Virus record (IMG/VR): IMGVR_UViG_2897137741_000002
Span: 1-64,000 of that record
Source: an uncultured virus (IMG/VR IMGVR_UViG_2897137741_000002)
Taxonomy: Duplodnaviria; Heunggongvirae; Uroviricota; Caudoviricetes
Direction: 5' to 3' (one strand)
Length of the DNA: 64,000 nucleotides
The position numbers were made by a program, and so were the translations under genes. Below the pieces are notes generated by a model, which made no database searches, was not told where the DNA came from, and saw only the letters and a list, made by a program, of their open reading frames with translations. Numbering within the stretch: the stretch's first letter is position 1; every line of letters starts with the position of its first letter. Shown here piece by piece: positions 46,516-57,385 of the stretch.

Positions 46516-47126
46516 TATTCCATCCCCCAAACAACGATTTTTAACCCAGTTAGATCAACTGTACCGGCTGCTTTAACTGTCAGATGTATTTTTGGAGCAG
46601 TGAAAGTTAATTGTTTTTGTAAGGGGTAATTCTGAACAAAAGCAATACTGTTGAATAGAACAGAATTATCATTACCTGATGTAGTTGCAGAATAAAATGG
46701 GATGTTTTTCGGTACGGAATAAATACTTGCTAAAACTTTGCTGTTTGAGCTGTCTGTTTGAGTTGTGTACATAGCAACACCGTAAGTTCTGAAAACACCA
46801 AGTGAATCGATTAGATCAACTGTATAAGACTTAGTTGCACCTGTAGCTACGGTATCAGCATCAGTAACAACAAATTCAGAATAGGATTTTTGAACTTGAG
46901 TTTTAATTGCTGCAGTGTTTTTAACCAAAACAGGGACAGAAGCCGTATTAGTTATATTTACATCAAGTGCAGTGTTGGCCACATTAACATTAAGAGGCTG
47001 GTCATTATTGAGACCAACCTCCAAGGGGACAGTGGAACGTTCAATTGATACAGCTGTTATGGGATTACCTGTCCCATCATCTTTTGCAGAGGTGTATTTA
47101 TCACCGTCCTGGTTTAAAAAAGCAAT
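46515..47126 (-). CDS. youA: phage structural protein, probable ATT start (203 aa)
   Basis: AAGGAGG 8 nt before ATT; frame open 34 codons upstream of the first TTG. Confidence 0.6.
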   Translation of the reverse strand: MAFLNQDGDKYTSAKDDGTGNPITAVSIERSTVPLEVGLNNDQPLNVNVANTALDVNITNTASVPVLVKNTAAIKTQVQKSYSEFVVTDADTVATGATKSYTVDLIDSLGVFRTYGVAMYTTQTDSSNSKVLASIYSVPKNIPFYSATTSGNDNSVLFNSIAFVQNYPLQKQLTFTAPKIHLTVKAAGTVDLTGLKIVVWGME

Positions 47127-47143
47127 AATAAACGCCTCCTTAA

Positions 47144-47941
47144 TTATTCAGTTGTTCCGCCAAGATCTGAACTTTGAGATGAGCCAGTTCCTTCATCACT
47201 AGTGACAACGCCCTTTGTCCCATCAGCTTTACGTTTCACACGAGCAAAGTTACCGATTTTTCCGTTATTATCAGCAAGGGCTCGATAGCCGATTTCCGGA
47301 GTGTATGCATTTCCTGCTTCAAACGACATATCTGCTTCACCAGAGAAGTTTACTTTAGGGAGCTGAATATAAAGGTCACTGTAGATTTTTGAAGTCTTAG
47401 GATCGTATTCAATTGTGTGAATTTCAAAGTAGTAATTCTCAGAGAATTTTTCACCGTTAATTTCAACAGTCTCGGCTTCAACTTCAATTTGATAATGAAC
47501 TGCTAAAGCTTCACCCTTGGTTGCAAAGGTATCAGGCACAGTAACTGTTTTAGATGCAGCGTCAACTTCAATTTGATCTCCATCTTCGTTAGTTAATGAA
47601 ACTTTAGACAATGGGAGATATGAAAGGGTAACTGTACCAGTATCACTAACATTTAGGCTTTCATCTTCCCACACAGAAATTGTTTCGTTTTCAATTTTTA
47701 CGCCTTGCTGCATTGCCATGAAATCAAGATCAAAGAAAGCATTTCGGACATTACCCGATACTTCTTTACTTGAATTAATAACATACAGGTCTCGGTTACC
47801 CCATCCGCCTTTTAAAAAGTCTTGTTGAACTTGTTGGGAAAACTGAGTCATTTGTGTAACACCTGAAGCAATAACCTTATTATCGCTCAGACGTTTAGCT
47901 GTAATTTTTCCAACTTCATGGATTACTGTTTGTTTTGCCAA
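47144..47941 (-). CDS. yomU: probable major tail (tube) protein
   Basis: 265 aa, beta-rich, strong RBS; position after head-tail genes. Confidence 0.75.
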   Translation of the reverse strand: MAKQTVIHEVGKITAKRLSDNKVIASGVTQMTQFSQQVQQDFLKGGWGNRDLYVINSSKEVSGNVRNAFFDLDFMAMQQGVKIENETISVWEDESLNVSDTGTVTLSYLPLSKVSLTNEDGDQIEVDAASKTVTVPDTFATKGEALAVHYQIEVEAETVEINGEKFSENYYFEIHTIEYDPKTSKIYSDLYIQLPKVNFSGEADMSFEAGNAYTPEIGYRALADNNGKIGNFARVKRKADGTKGVVTSDEGTGSSQSSDLGGTTE

Positions 47942-47983
47942 ATTGTTTCCTCCTAAATAAAAATAAAAAGAGACTAAAGTTAA

Positions 47984-48694
47984 TTAGCCTCCAAATAATT
48001 GCTCGATATTTTTAGCATCTTTAGTGCTCAGGTGATAAGATTCTTCCTTGTAAAGATTAATGTGACTGCTCCAATCACTTACTTTGACATCAGGAGAGAC
48101 GGTAGCAAAAAGTGTGGTTGTGTTATAATTCATAACTTCAGCCATCCTGTAGAACGACAAATATAGTTGATACATCGTCATTTCAGATATTTCTTCATAC
48201 GTGTATCCGTTAAATGCAGCAACACAGCTTACTATATCCTTTAAATCACTTTGAGAATCTTGTTGCTTGAGTGATTTACTTATATCATGGAACTCCTGAA
48301 GTTCATCATTGTCAACGACCTTGTCTTCAGTGATACAATGCATGTCTAGTATTAGTTTTCGGAGACGGGGAAAATTATGTTTTCCAATCAACGATAGGGA
48401 ATCCTTGTTTATCAATACTTTTGAAAAAACTTTGAAATAAGCCTCGTGAAAATCAGGGAGTACCGAATGTACAATTTCATAAAGATCTCTCTTTTTCATT
48501 TCAATAATAAATGGGTCAAGCGAGCCATCCTCATTAAACCTTGAATATTCTTTAATAAGACTTTTCTTATTCATCCTCAACATGCTTAGTTCTTTGGTGT
48601 AGAGAGGATAATCTTTTAAGCGGATGAAATCAATCTCTCCTATTTCAGTCTGGATCGGTTTTCCTAAGAAAAAGAAATCCTTTAACTCATTCAT
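47984..48694 (-). CDS. yomV: phage protein YomV
   Basis: 236 aa; synteny. Confidence 0.75.
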   Translation of the reverse strand: MNELKDFFFLGKPIQTEIGEIDFIRLKDYPLYTKELSMLRMNKKSLIKEYSRFNEDGSLDPFIIEMKKRDLYEIVHSVLPDFHEAYFKVFSKVLINKDSLSLIGKHNFPRLRKLILDMHCITEDKVVDNDELQEFHDISKSLKQQDSQSDLKDIVSCVAAFNGYTYEEISEMTMYQLYLSFYRMAEVMNYNTTTLFATVSPDVKVSDWSSHINLYKEESYHLSTKDAKNIEQLFGG

Positions 48695-49197
48695 TTACTT
48701 GCTCCAAAAGTAAAGATCATCTTGTAGCCCAAATATCCGTCAGGGGGATTACTAATAAGCAAACGTTTATAATCTACTGTTACACCAAAACCAGCAATAT
48801 TTTTATTGAAAAATAATTTTGAAACCCTGTCGATGATTTTCAAACTTCGGTACTCAGATATCTCAAATGTATTAATGTGTGTGTATACATCGATCATCAA
48901 TTCTTGATTTAACAACATAAAGCTTTGGTTTGTCGGCTTAGGCAATGCATTCCCTAAATAAATACACATCCTACATAATGGTGAATCCGATAGATCATCT
49001 GTTTTAGGTGCTCGCTTGAATATGGTATTGATTATAGCGGGAGAGTCATTTGTGGAGTCATAATAATTTTCGAGTGATTGAACATCTGGATGAGAAGGGG
49101 AGAGAGGATCAGTTTTGTAATACAAGAGCCGATTCAGTTCAACATCATCCATAACTAATCTGAAGACTTTTGTCATCTGTTCAACAGTCATGCTCAT
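48691..49197 (-). CDS. yomW: phage protein YomW, possible tail terminator
   Basis: 168 aa; synteny. Confidence 0.72.
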   Translation of the reverse strand: MSMTVEQMTKVFRLVMDDVELNRLLYYKTDPLSPSHPDVQSLENYYDSTNDSPAIINTIFKRAPKTDDLSDSPLCRMCIYLGNALPKPTNQSFMLLNQELMIDVYTHINTFEISEYRSLKIIDRVSKLFFNKNIAGFGVTVDYKRLLISNPPDGYLGYKMIFTFGASK

Positions 49198-49844
49198 GTC
49201 TTTTCACCAACTTTCTTTTTGGCAACCAATTTTATTGTTCCGTGGTCTCCATAAACTTTAGAATAGTCTATATCATCGACTTGATAATCTTCGCCAAAGA
49301 AGGTGAGGGTAAGTCCGATTTTCAATTTTTCATGAACAAGATAAGGAATTGTAATGTTTGCTTGACCATCAGGAAGATTTACCGCCAATTCAGTGCCATT
49401 TATTGAAGTTGTCCTTTCGAATATGCAGGGGACTTCAGTTTTTTCGCCAGGTACTTTTTCATAAATTGGCTTACCAGTGATTTCGTTAATTTTGCCAGTA
49501 TCGATTAGCTTGTCTTCTGAAGTAAGAAAAAATGATGTTCCACATATTTTTATCTCAGCCTTTTTGTAAATCTTATTACTGAGAGGGTGGGAGGTGATGA
49601 GCCATGTTTCATCATTAAACTTAACAACTCCGCCACGATAAATGTCAGCAATTTCACCTAATATATATCTTGCAGAACCATCGCCACTAGAGTACTTAGA
49701 AGTGATCATTACTGTTTTTTCGATTCCATCAATTGTGACTTTTTCAGATTCAAACCCCTTAAGGCCTTGTTGGAAAATAAGCTTACCATCATGAAGAAGT
49801 TTATTATTAATGTTAACCTTGTGGTAATTACTGTAGTCCTTCAT
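49194..49844 (-). CDS. yomX: phage protein YomX, possible head closure protein
   Basis: 216 aa; synteny. Confidence 0.72.
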   Translation of the reverse strand: MKDYSNYHKVNINNKLLHDGKLIFQQGLKGFESEKVTIDGIEKTVMITSKYSSGDGSARYILGEIADIYRGGVVKFNDETWLITSHPLSNKIYKKAEIKICGTSFFLTSEDKLIDTGKINEITGKPIYEKVPGEKTEVPCIFERTTSINGTELAVNLPDGQANITIPYLVHEKLKIGLTLTFFGEDYQVDDIDYSKVYGDHGTIKLVAKKKVGEKT

Positions 49845-50082
49845 TCGAATCACCGTCTGTTACTAAGTTATCCCTAAGTCTGCTTAATTCACCACTTACT
49901 GTTAAAATAGAGTCCCTGATTTCTGTGAGTTCAGGATCACTTAGCAGCTTTTTATTAAGGTATTTCTCCAATTTGAAGAGGACTGAATTGTTTCTTTTAC
50001 ACAGTTTATTGCAAACAACATCTAAGTCCTCAAGCTTTATTTGTCCATCTTTATGTGCCGATTTAACTTTAATTGTACTCAT
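49828..50082 (-). CDS. yomY: phage protein YomY
   Basis: 84 aa; overlaps neighbours. Confidence 0.72.
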   Translation of the reverse strand: MSTIKVKSAHKDGQIKLEDLDVVCNKLCKRNNSVLFKLEKYLNKKLLSDPELTEIRDSILTVSGELSRLRDNLVTDGDSNEGLQ

Positions 50083-50474
50083 AGATAATCCACCGCAGCG
50101 TTCAATATCAAGCGCTCAATTTCGTCTTTCTGATCCATTACACTTTGTTTAAGTGAATTGAGTTGCGTACCAAAGTTCTTGATCCCCACATCATTAGTGA
50201 AGGGCTGCCACGTATTCTCAAACAAGGTCTTTTTATTTAACAAAAAGATGTATCTCAAGAAGTGTGCAAGAATAAGAAGATCATCCTCAGATAATTCTCG
50301 ATTAACAGTTTCAGTTGAATTATCAGCTTTTAAATTGTCTCTAAGCCGGTTATTGAAATGAAGGATTGCATTTCGAATTGATTTATAAATGTCCTCTTCT
50401 TGTTGAGGAACATCAAAATCGGACGTCTCGCAGTTGTTTAGAAAGGTTTCCCATATTTGATCATAAGATGTCAT
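50079..50474 (-). CDS. yomZ: phage protein YomZ, possible head-tail adaptor
   Basis: 131 aa; synteny. Confidence 0.72.
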   Translation of the reverse strand: MTSYDQIWETFLNNCETSDFDVPQQEEDIYKSIRNAILHFNNRLRDNLKADNSTETVNRELSEDDLLILAHFLRYIFLLNKKTLFENTWQPFTNDVGIKNFGTQLNSLKQSVMDQKDEIERLILNAAVDYL

Positions 50475-50488
50475 AAAAATCCCTCCTC

Positions 50489-50959
50489 TTAGTCAAAGAG
50501 AAGGGAAGGATCAGCGACTCCCATCCAATCAGCCAAAACTTTTAATTTGCCTGCAGCAATGTCATCGCTAAATTCTGAAGCAACGTCAATAATAAATTGC
50601 TTCTCAGAATCCACTGTGATTTTATCGAGCTTATTTTTTAGTTGAGCAATATTTCCCGATTTAATCATCTTTTCAATTTCTTCTTTGGTATGGATGTTAT
50701 TTTCATAAGCCTCCGACTCAACAATAGAATCTTTAATTTCTTTGGTTGTCTCATTATCTTCAACAATAACTAATTCACCTTTATCGAAACAAACACTGTT
50801 CATTGTGAGCCATTCAACAACTTCTTTTGGAACTTCTTTAATATCAGCCTTCCCATTTTTACTTCCAGCCCAAGTGTATTGTTTATGTCCGCCATCTCCG
50901 GTATACCCTACAAAATAAGATGTACTTCTGTATCGTGCTAACTTAATTTTTTCAGTCAA
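50489..50959 (-). CDS. yonA: phage protein YonA
   Basis: 156 aa; synteny. Confidence 0.75.
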   Translation of the reverse strand: MTEKIKLARYRSTSYFVGYTGDGGHKQYTWAGSKNGKADIKEVPKEVVEWLTMNSVCFDKGELVIVEDNETTKEIKDSIVESEAYENNIHTKEEIEKMIKSGNIAQLKNKLDKITVDSEKQFIIDVASEFSDDIAAGKLKVLADWMGVADPSLLFD

Positions 50960-50994
50960 ATTTATATCCTCCTAAAAAATCCTCATATTTTGAT

Positions 50995-52011
50995 TTAGAT
51001 AGATACCGCAGCTTGTTCTTCAATAATTCCGATTGCTTCCCCAAAAAGAAGGTTAACAGAAGCATCTTGAACAATTTTCATTTTAATTCTTTCATCTTCG
51101 ATATCTTGTTCTGTCAATTGACGCAGTCCGCCATACTCGACAACAGAAAACGGTTTTTGAGAAACACCGCCGGCAAACATATAACCTTTGTTGACAGGAA
51201 GTTCGACTTTACTATTTGTATCATCTGTAAATGGGTTAGTGAGGTTAACAGCAGTTGTTCTGCCGATTGTAGTAGGATTTAGGGCAGTGAGGAGTTCTCC
51301 TTTTACTTCTTCTGTTAAGAAGTTCTTAAACGTGGAGTCTGTTCCTTGTTGGAATGCAAAGTAGTCGATAAGAAGGGTGTCAGCTACAAAGATAGGTTTT
51401 CCGCCATAACGTTGAAGAACAGAAGCTACTTTGTTGTATTGTTGAAGAGTAAGGTTTGAGCCTGTTTGAACATTTTTTGCAGGGATTTTACCAGCTGTAA
51501 TTGCGCTTGCAGTTAATTGATGAATTTTATCGAGGTACAAACGGACTTTAGCATCTGCGATATCATTCACCAATTTATTGAAGTAAACAATTGAATCTGT
51601 TACGAGATCTAGGGGTTCATAATAGAAACCTGTTGACATAGTTTTCGGAACAGCAGGAACTGTTTCTTGTCCTTCAACACGAACCAAATCAACACCAGAG
51701 CCTGTAGCAGACCAAATTACTTTTGCCTTATTCTTTTTTGGAATTTTAATTTCTTTAATATTGCCTCGTTTTTCTTGTTGGACATTGGCCAGAAGGGAGA
51801 GGAGCTGTGTTACTTTTGGTTTCGCAATTTCATCAGCTTGTTCAACGACAAGGTTATTAAATTGATGGAGCATGGAAGGGTCAGGTGTAGTACCGCCATC
51901 ACCAAACACTTTCTTAATGTAAGTTTGGATATCAGCTTGGTCTGTACCGTCCATTTTGTTATTTAATACACGGCTAAACAAGCCTTTGATTTTCACAGTA
52001 TCTAATTTCAT
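50995..52011 (-). CDS. yonB: probable major capsid protein
   Basis: 338 aa; strong RBS; follows protease/scaffold and decoration-like genes. Confidence 0.78.
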   Translation of the reverse strand: MKLDTVKIKGLFSRVLNNKMDGTDQADIQTYIKKVFGDGGTTPDPSMLHQFNNLVVEQADEIAKPKVTQLLSLLANVQQEKRGNIKEIKIPKKNKAKVIWSATGSGVDLVRVEGQETVPAVPKTMSTGFYYEPLDLVTDSIVYFNKLVNDIADAKVRLYLDKIHQLTASAITAGKIPAKNVQTGSNLTLQQYNKVASVLQRYGGKPIFVADTLLIDYFAFQQGTDSTFKNFLTEEVKGELLTALNPTTIGRTTAVNLTNPFTDDTNSKVELPVNKGYMFAGGVSQKPFSVVEYGGLRQLTEQDIEDERIKMKIVQDASVNLLFGEAIGIIEEQAAVSI

Positions 52012-52049
52012 TTAAAATACTCCTTTTATTGAAATTTATTTGTTATGTA

Positions 52050-52586
52050 TTAGGCCTCGATTACTTCAAGGCGAACAAGCTTTTGTCCCATTGTGTAAAC
52101 AAGATCATCTTCATTATTTACAACTAGGAACTTAGCAGAAGAATCAGCATAATCCTCATGAGGTGAAGCAGGATCACTAAGAATATACTTTTGAGATGCG
52201 ATATCAAAGTGAGCTACTTGACCTTGTTTAACCTCAGTCACTCCTGTATTAAATGAAAATGCAGAAACATCAAAACGGGTATAAGCTGGCTCAAGGATAA
52301 CAATTCGAGCATGCTCTCCTACACCGTTATAAAAATCTCTCATTGATTCACCAAGGTAGCGTGCTTCAGGAGATGCAATTAAATATGATTTTTTTGTTTT
52401 ATCTGATAACTTCGAAGCTGTACGGTTTCCCTCAGCATCAAATCCAAGTTCAACAAGCATAAAGTTATCAATATCTGATCCAGTTACTTTTGCACCGTGA
52501 GCAACTGTTTTAATTTTTAAAGAATTCAAGTTTCCAGTAGTATGATTCCCTACTTCAGTAAGGGCTTTTTGTAATCTTGTAGCCAT
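52050..52586 (-). CDS. yonC: probable head decoration protein
   Basis: 178 aa; between scaffold and capsid genes. Confidence 0.7.
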   Translation of the reverse strand: MATRLQKALTEVGNHTTGNLNSLKIKTVAHGAKVTGSDIDNFMLVELGFDAEGNRTASKLSDKTKKSYLIASPEARYLGESMRDFYNGVGEHARIVILEPAYTRFDVSAFSFNTGVTEVKQGQVAHFDIASQKYILSDPASPHEDYADSSAKFLVVNNEDDLVYTMGQKLVRLEVIEA

Positions 52587-52610
52587 ATTTTATTCCTCCG
52601 ATTTTAAAAT

Positions 52611-54047
52611 TTATTGTGAAAAGCGGGATTCAAAAGAGTCATCATTAGGGATTAAATTTTCCCGTTTGCTAGAAAATTCTCTAATGGTTGTATTAGTTTT
52701 AGCAGTAACACTAACTAAATCAACTAACATTGTGTTAAGTTGTAATACAGCTTTTTCTCCTTCTACACCTTGTTTAATGGAAGCATGGATAAGGTTTTGT
52801 ACTTCTTCTGTACTGAATTTTTCCTCAGCATTTAAAGCTTCAAATTTCGCTTTATAGAATTCATTTTTCTCACTTAGTTTTTGCTCTAATAAAGTTTTCT
52901 CGTGTTTTTCTTTATAAGGCTTCAATTGTTCCACTTCAGAATTTAATTGCACAAGCTTTTCACTGGCAGTGTTGAATTGCTGTTCAATTCCTACCTTATC
53001 CTTATTGATTTGATTTACTTGTTTCGTTAAATCTTTAATTTGTTCATCTTTCTGGTTAAGTTGTGATTGAATAGGTTCAGGAACAACTTCCTCCCAGTTG
53101 CGCGTCATGAATACCTCAGTTTTACTGTCAAAATCAATTGAAACAGTATCGCCTGTTCTTGTGTAATTGAACTTAAAGTATTTGTCATAGCTATTTTCAT
53201 CTGACCAGCTATACACGTTTACGATGAAATACGTATCATATACATCTGCAATAAATGAATCTGATTCTTTATCAAGGGTGGGATCTAATTGGCTATATAG
53301 AAGCGTCCGAACGTCAGAGTGAGACAATTCAAACACTTTTCTAAACTTATTCATTTTTTCACCTTCCTCATTATTTTGTCTTGTAGCTGCTTGAGCCACT
53401 AATCTTTCAAATCGTTGAAGTTCATTAAAGCTTAGAAGTTTGGAAGAATCATAGGCGGGGAGGACAATGTCATGCTCTCCACGTTTCTCTGAATTTAAAA
53501 TTGCATGACCTTCGAAATAGATGGGGGACTGTAGGTGTTCGATACCATCTTGCACAGTGTAATTTGAATAAAGGATCTCACAACTTGTATTAATGTTGAT
53601 GCCTCTACCATACCATTCAAGTAAAAGTTCACATGCATCTTTAAATCGAGAGCTCCAAAGTATTGCATCTGCTGCCAATACTTCTTTTTTACCATCTAGG
53701 GTTTCAATTTCAGTTATGTATCCCTCGGATGTAAAGACACCGATTGGGGCAGTATCTCTTTTTACTTCAAGTTCTCCGTGCTTGTCTGTGTCTAGATAAG
53801 CTTCATGAGTTCCCAATGCATCTGTAGAAGTATTTAATTCATCAACCTCGTAATATTTTGCAACAATCGGTTTATTAATAATTGTTGAAGCAGCTTCAAG
53901 AGCAACATCCTTAGAAATTACTGCATTATTGTGAGAGACATCGAAATCAAAAATGACAAAGCTACATGACAACTTTGTTGGGTCATCTGATGTTTTAATC
54001 TCATTCAATTGAAGTTGGCATAGTTTTTTCTTTTGCTTCTTTGTCAA
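52611..54047 (-). CDS. yonD: probable prohead protease/scaffold
   Basis: 478 aa; N-terminal globular domain, C-terminal coiled coil. Confidence 0.75.
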   Translation of the reverse strand: MTKKQKKKLCQLQLNEIKTSDDPTKLSCSFVIFDFDVSHNNAVISKDVALEAASTIINKPIVAKYYEVDELNTSTDALGTHEAYLDTDKHGELEVKRDTAPIGVFTSEGYITEIETLDGKKEVLAADAILWSSRFKDACELLLEWYGRGININTSCEILYSNYTVQDGIEHLQSPIYFEGHAILNSEKRGEHDIVLPAYDSSKLLSFNELQRFERLVAQAATRQNNEEGEKMNKFRKVFELSHSDVRTLLYSQLDPTLDKESDSFIADVYDTYFIVNVYSWSDENSYDKYFKFNYTRTGDTVSIDFDSKTEVFMTRNWEEVVPEPIQSQLNQKDEQIKDLTKQVNQINKDKVGIEQQFNTASEKLVQLNSEVEQLKPYKEKHEKTLLEQKLSEKNEFYKAKFEALNAEEKFSTEEVQNLIHASIKQGVEGEKAVLQLNTMLVDLVSVTAKTNTTIREFSSKRENLIPNDDSFESRFSQ

Positions 54048-54059
54048 ATAATTTCACCT

Positions 54060-54085
54060 CCCTTCAAAAGTGAAGTTTTAAATAG
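54060..54085. repeat. 26-bp junction palindrome, degenerate copy 6 (contains the yonE stop)
   Basis: CCCTTCAAAA GTGAAG TTTTAAATAG. Confidence 0.4.
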
Positions 54086-55598
54086 GATTGTCATTACCGT
54101 TGGATGTAGCTGACTTCACTGTGTTGTCGTTGTCTTTATTTCCTTCATTTGGACGGCCTGCTTCATTCCCAGTGAAGGTATATGAAGTTTGATAAGGTCT
54201 AATTTTTTCTTGGAGTTTCAGCTCTTCAGTTTCATATAGAGTTTGTTCAAGGTAACTTTCCCAAGACACTCCTGCCAAATTATCAACTACGTGCTTAATA
54301 GACCAACCTTTATCGTTTAGCTTAATTAAGATGTCCATTTTTTCTTTAAGAGTGAGCGGCTTGTCTTTATCGTAATTCATATAGTAATTGTCTTTTTGGG
54401 CAGCAGGCAAAACAAGGTTGAATAACTTTTGATAAACCTCTTGTTCAATATCCTCCATTAAAACGCCAATACGCTTATAAAATGTATCCAAGTTTAACGA
54501 CGAAGTTGCGTAGTTACCCCCATCACCATTTAAAAGGGAGCCGGATAAGCCGTAAGCAGATTGAATGTCGCTATTGATATGGTCAAACTTTGCTCCATCT
54601 AATCCATCTGCTTTAACATCTGGAAAGTTGATGTCAGCAAAGTCAGGGATTGATACTACAGTTACTCCATCTTTTTGGTTCTTCTCTAAAGCTGCTTTAA
54701 CTCCACCATGAATTTTTTGTTTAACTGCTTTAGGCAGCTTCATGTTTGTGTATTCGCCATTACCTTTATCTGTTCCAATCGTTAGAACTGCAACAGCGTT
54801 AATAATTTTATTTGCAATCGATCTTTCAACATCTTTAAGTTTCTTTTTATGGAGAACGTCATATAGACCTGGGGTAACCCAAGATGTTCCCAATCCTTGA
54901 TTTCTTTTTAGCGTCCCTGTGCGTAGTGGAAAAGTTCTTTCTTGTGGCAGTTCCTTATATCGATATTTCTCTCGATCTTTCATGAAGTTTTCATAATCGC
55001 TTTGTTTAATATAAGGGGAGAGGCTTTTTAACAATTCATTTCTGTGATCATCTTTATACTTAGTGAACAGCTCCATGTCAACTACACATACCCAGTCTCC
55101 ATTTCTTCTAAAGGAGGGGAATACATATTTAATTTCATCAAAAATAAACGGATAGGGACTCTTAGCATCCCCAAGCCATATACCAACAAGAGTACCAGCT
55201 GTAGCTACCTGTTTTAACAGATCTCTAGTAAGTCTTTTGTGTTTAACCTTATGTAAGGATTTATTCAAAAGGGAAATATGCTTATCTGAAGACTTAACTT
55301 TATTAAAGGAGTCAATTTTATAGTTGAGGGTAGGGAGGGCTTCAATCAATTCAAACAATTGGTGAATCTCTGCAGTCGAAATGTAAAAATACTCAGCAAG
55401 ATCTTCAATTTCTTCTTGAAATTCATCGGGGTTAGAAAAATAATTCTTTAATTGTTCGGCCTCAATTTCCGTAACAATGCCATTGGAAAACATATTTGAG
55501 ATAAAGCCGGAAGCAAATGTAGAAGTATAAGTTGAATAGTCATTCAGCATTTGCTTATACTCTTCAGACTCAATGTCAACTTTATTTAAGGTTACCAT
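54078..55598 (-). CDS. yonE: probable portal protein
   Basis: 506 aa; directly downstream of the terminase. Confidence 0.8.
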   Translation of the reverse strand: MVTLNKVDIESEEYKQMLNDYSTYTSTFASGFISNMFSNGIVTEIEAEQLKNYFSNPDEFQEEIEDLAEYFYISTAEIHQLFELIEALPTLNYKIDSFNKVKSSDKHISLLNKSLHKVKHKRLTRDLLKQVATAGTLVGIWLGDAKSPYPFIFDEIKYVFPSFRRNGDWVCVVDMELFTKYKDDHRNELLKSLSPYIKQSDYENFMKDREKYRYKELPQERTFPLRTGTLKRNQGLGTSWVTPGLYDVLHKKKLKDVERSIANKIINAVAVLTIGTDKGNGEYTNMKLPKAVKQKIHGGVKAALEKNQKDGVTVVSIPDFADINFPDVKADGLDGAKFDHINSDIQSAYGLSGSLLNGDGGNYATSSLNLDTFYKRIGVLMEDIEQEVYQKLFNLVLPAAQKDNYYMNYDKDKPLTLKEKMDILIKLNDKGWSIKHVVDNLAGVSWESYLEQTLYETEELKLQEKIRPYQTSYTFTGNEAGRPNEGNKDNDNTVKSATSNGNDNPI

Positions 55599-55615
55599 GT
55601 TTCACCTCATTTCTT

Positions 55616-57385
55616 TTAAAAATAGACTAGTTCATCTTCAACGTCATATTCAGTTTGTTTGTTTAACTGTCTTTCTAATACAGTCGCAATATAGTTGCCA
55701 TAAGCCACTGAGCTATATCTGTCTTTTCGTTTACTCTTTGGCTCTTTAAGCTTAACTTGTCCGTTATCGCTATATTCAGCTTCTAAGTTGATCATTTCAT
55801 TTATTAGAAGGGTAATCTGAGCATAGCTTGAAAGGAATTTTCCTTTAACTTCAGGAGATAGCCCTTCATAGCCTTTAAATCTTTTCAGGTATTCTTTTCC
55901 TTCATTTTCGTTGATAGGAATTTTGATTTTTCCTCGTTTGAATCCATCTTTTAGTAATACCGCAATTTCGCTGTTCAATTGTGCATTACCTTTAATGCTA
56001 TAAATTACTTTTTCGGCATTTTGATAAGTACAACGCTCAGCCATTCTTTCATCGTTAATACATGAAAATGGCTCATATTCTTTTGCACGTTCTTTATCAT
56101 ATAAAGGCTGGCATAATGCATCATACACACCAAGTCCGATACTTTGAGTATCTAATACAATATAATCGCAATCATAATCTTCGTATATTTGTCTAATTCT
56201 TGTTGCTTGAGTTCCTGTGTGACCGCCTACGATGCTCTCCATGTATACAATATGACGATCATATCCATTGGAGTTTGGAATCAGTCTGAATACAGTGTAA
56301 ACACTGGCATCATTATCCTTACCGGCCATTCCAGCGATATCATTGCTTACCAGTCTAATTTCTCCTGGTTTCTTGCCTTCATATTTGAAGTTGGAATCCT
56401 TGATTAGACTGTAATAGTCAGGAGGGAAGAGGGGAGAAGCAAGCTTGCGGTTCTTTTCAATGTCTTCGAATTTAAAATAGGCTTTTTCAGATTCACCAAA
56501 CCAGAGAGCTTCCATTTCCATAGACCAACCGATAGGATCAAAGTCTTCTTCGGCCATTTCATCTCTAACCTGATCTTTATCCAAAAGACCTTCTTTAATT
56601 GCGATCTGATAAGGGAGACCACACACAAAATATTTTGATCCTTTCATCATGGCATTGTAGTAAGTTATGAATCTGTTAAATGACCAATGAACCTTGTACC
56701 AGCAGGAAGACAAGTAAATTTCTTTGTTTCGTTCTTTTAAGTGAGCGTATTCTTCTTTTTCGAGATATTTAGGAGAACGGGGAGCTGTCAGGAATTTTCG
56801 AAGTACTTTACTGATGATTTCAAAATCAACCATTCTGAATTCATCTACAATAAGGAGGTTTGCACGCTTGGAGCGGGCGCCATCATTTGAGGCTACGATT
56901 TTAATCCAGCTGCCATTATGAAACTCCACTTTAGCATCATTTGTTGAGGTTTTTAAATCTTCAATTTCTCGCCTTAAATTAGGTGATTCTTTGCGTAAGT
57001 CATCAATTTTCTCTATGACTTCACGAGCTTGTCCCTTTGTGCCCGATGCGATAACTATTTTAGTACCTGGGAAGAGTATGGCTTGCACACAGCAGTATAC
57101 AGAGGTTAGCCAAGTTTTACCCTGCCCACGACTGGCCAGGTACATAAAATAATGGTTATGTACCATCATGTAAATTAAAATACATTGAAACAATTTAAGT
57201 GTAATACCCAAGTATTCTTTTACAAAACGATGTGGGTTTGCTCTATAGAAAGAAGTCCATGCGCCGATACCATCCATTAATCGTTCAGATTTTGATTTCT
57301 TTTTAAAGTTGTTTCCCTTTTTAAAAATATTGATTCCTCGACTGTGCTTGTTGCGATCTGTTGTAAAATTTTTATGTAAGGTCAT
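55616..57385 (-). CDS. yonF: terminase large subunit
   Basis: ASRGQGKT Walker A, LIVDE Walker B, SNDIA...KDRYS nuclease motifs; 589 aa. Confidence 0.93.
   Translation of the reverse strand: MTLHKNFTTDRNKHSRGINIFKKGNNFKKKSKSERLMDGIGAWTSFYRANPHRFVKEYLGITLKLFQCILIYMMVHNHYFMYLASRGQGKTWLTSVYCCVQAILFPGTKIVIASGTKGQAREVIEKIDDLRKESPNLRREIEDLKTSTNDAKVEFHNGSWIKIVASNDGARSKRANLLIVDEFRMVDFEIISKVLRKFLTAPRSPKYLEKEEYAHLKERNKEIYLSSCWYKVHWSFNRFITYYNAMMKGSKYFVCGLPYQIAIKEGLLDKDQVRDEMAEEDFDPIGWSMEMEALWFGESEKAYFKFEDIEKNRKLASPLFPPDYYSLIKDSNFKYEGKKPGEIRLVSNDIAGMAGKDNDASVYTVFRLIPNSNGYDRHIVYMESIVGGHTGTQATRIRQIYEDYDCDYIVLDTQSIGLGVYDALCQPLYDKERAKEYEPFSCINDERMAERCTYQNAEKVIYSIKGNAQLNSEIAVLLKDGFKRGKIKIPINENEGKEYLKRFKGYEGLSPEVKGKFLSSYAQITLLINEMINLEAEYSDNGQVKLKEPKSKRKDRYSSVAYGNYIATVLERQLNKQTEYDVEDELVYF

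Noticed and set aside
47120..47160. Programmed frameshift or readthrough from yomU into the next ORF
   Set aside because: The -1 frame has a TGA just before the yomU stop, there is no slippery heptamer, and the readthrough frame stops after 9 codons.
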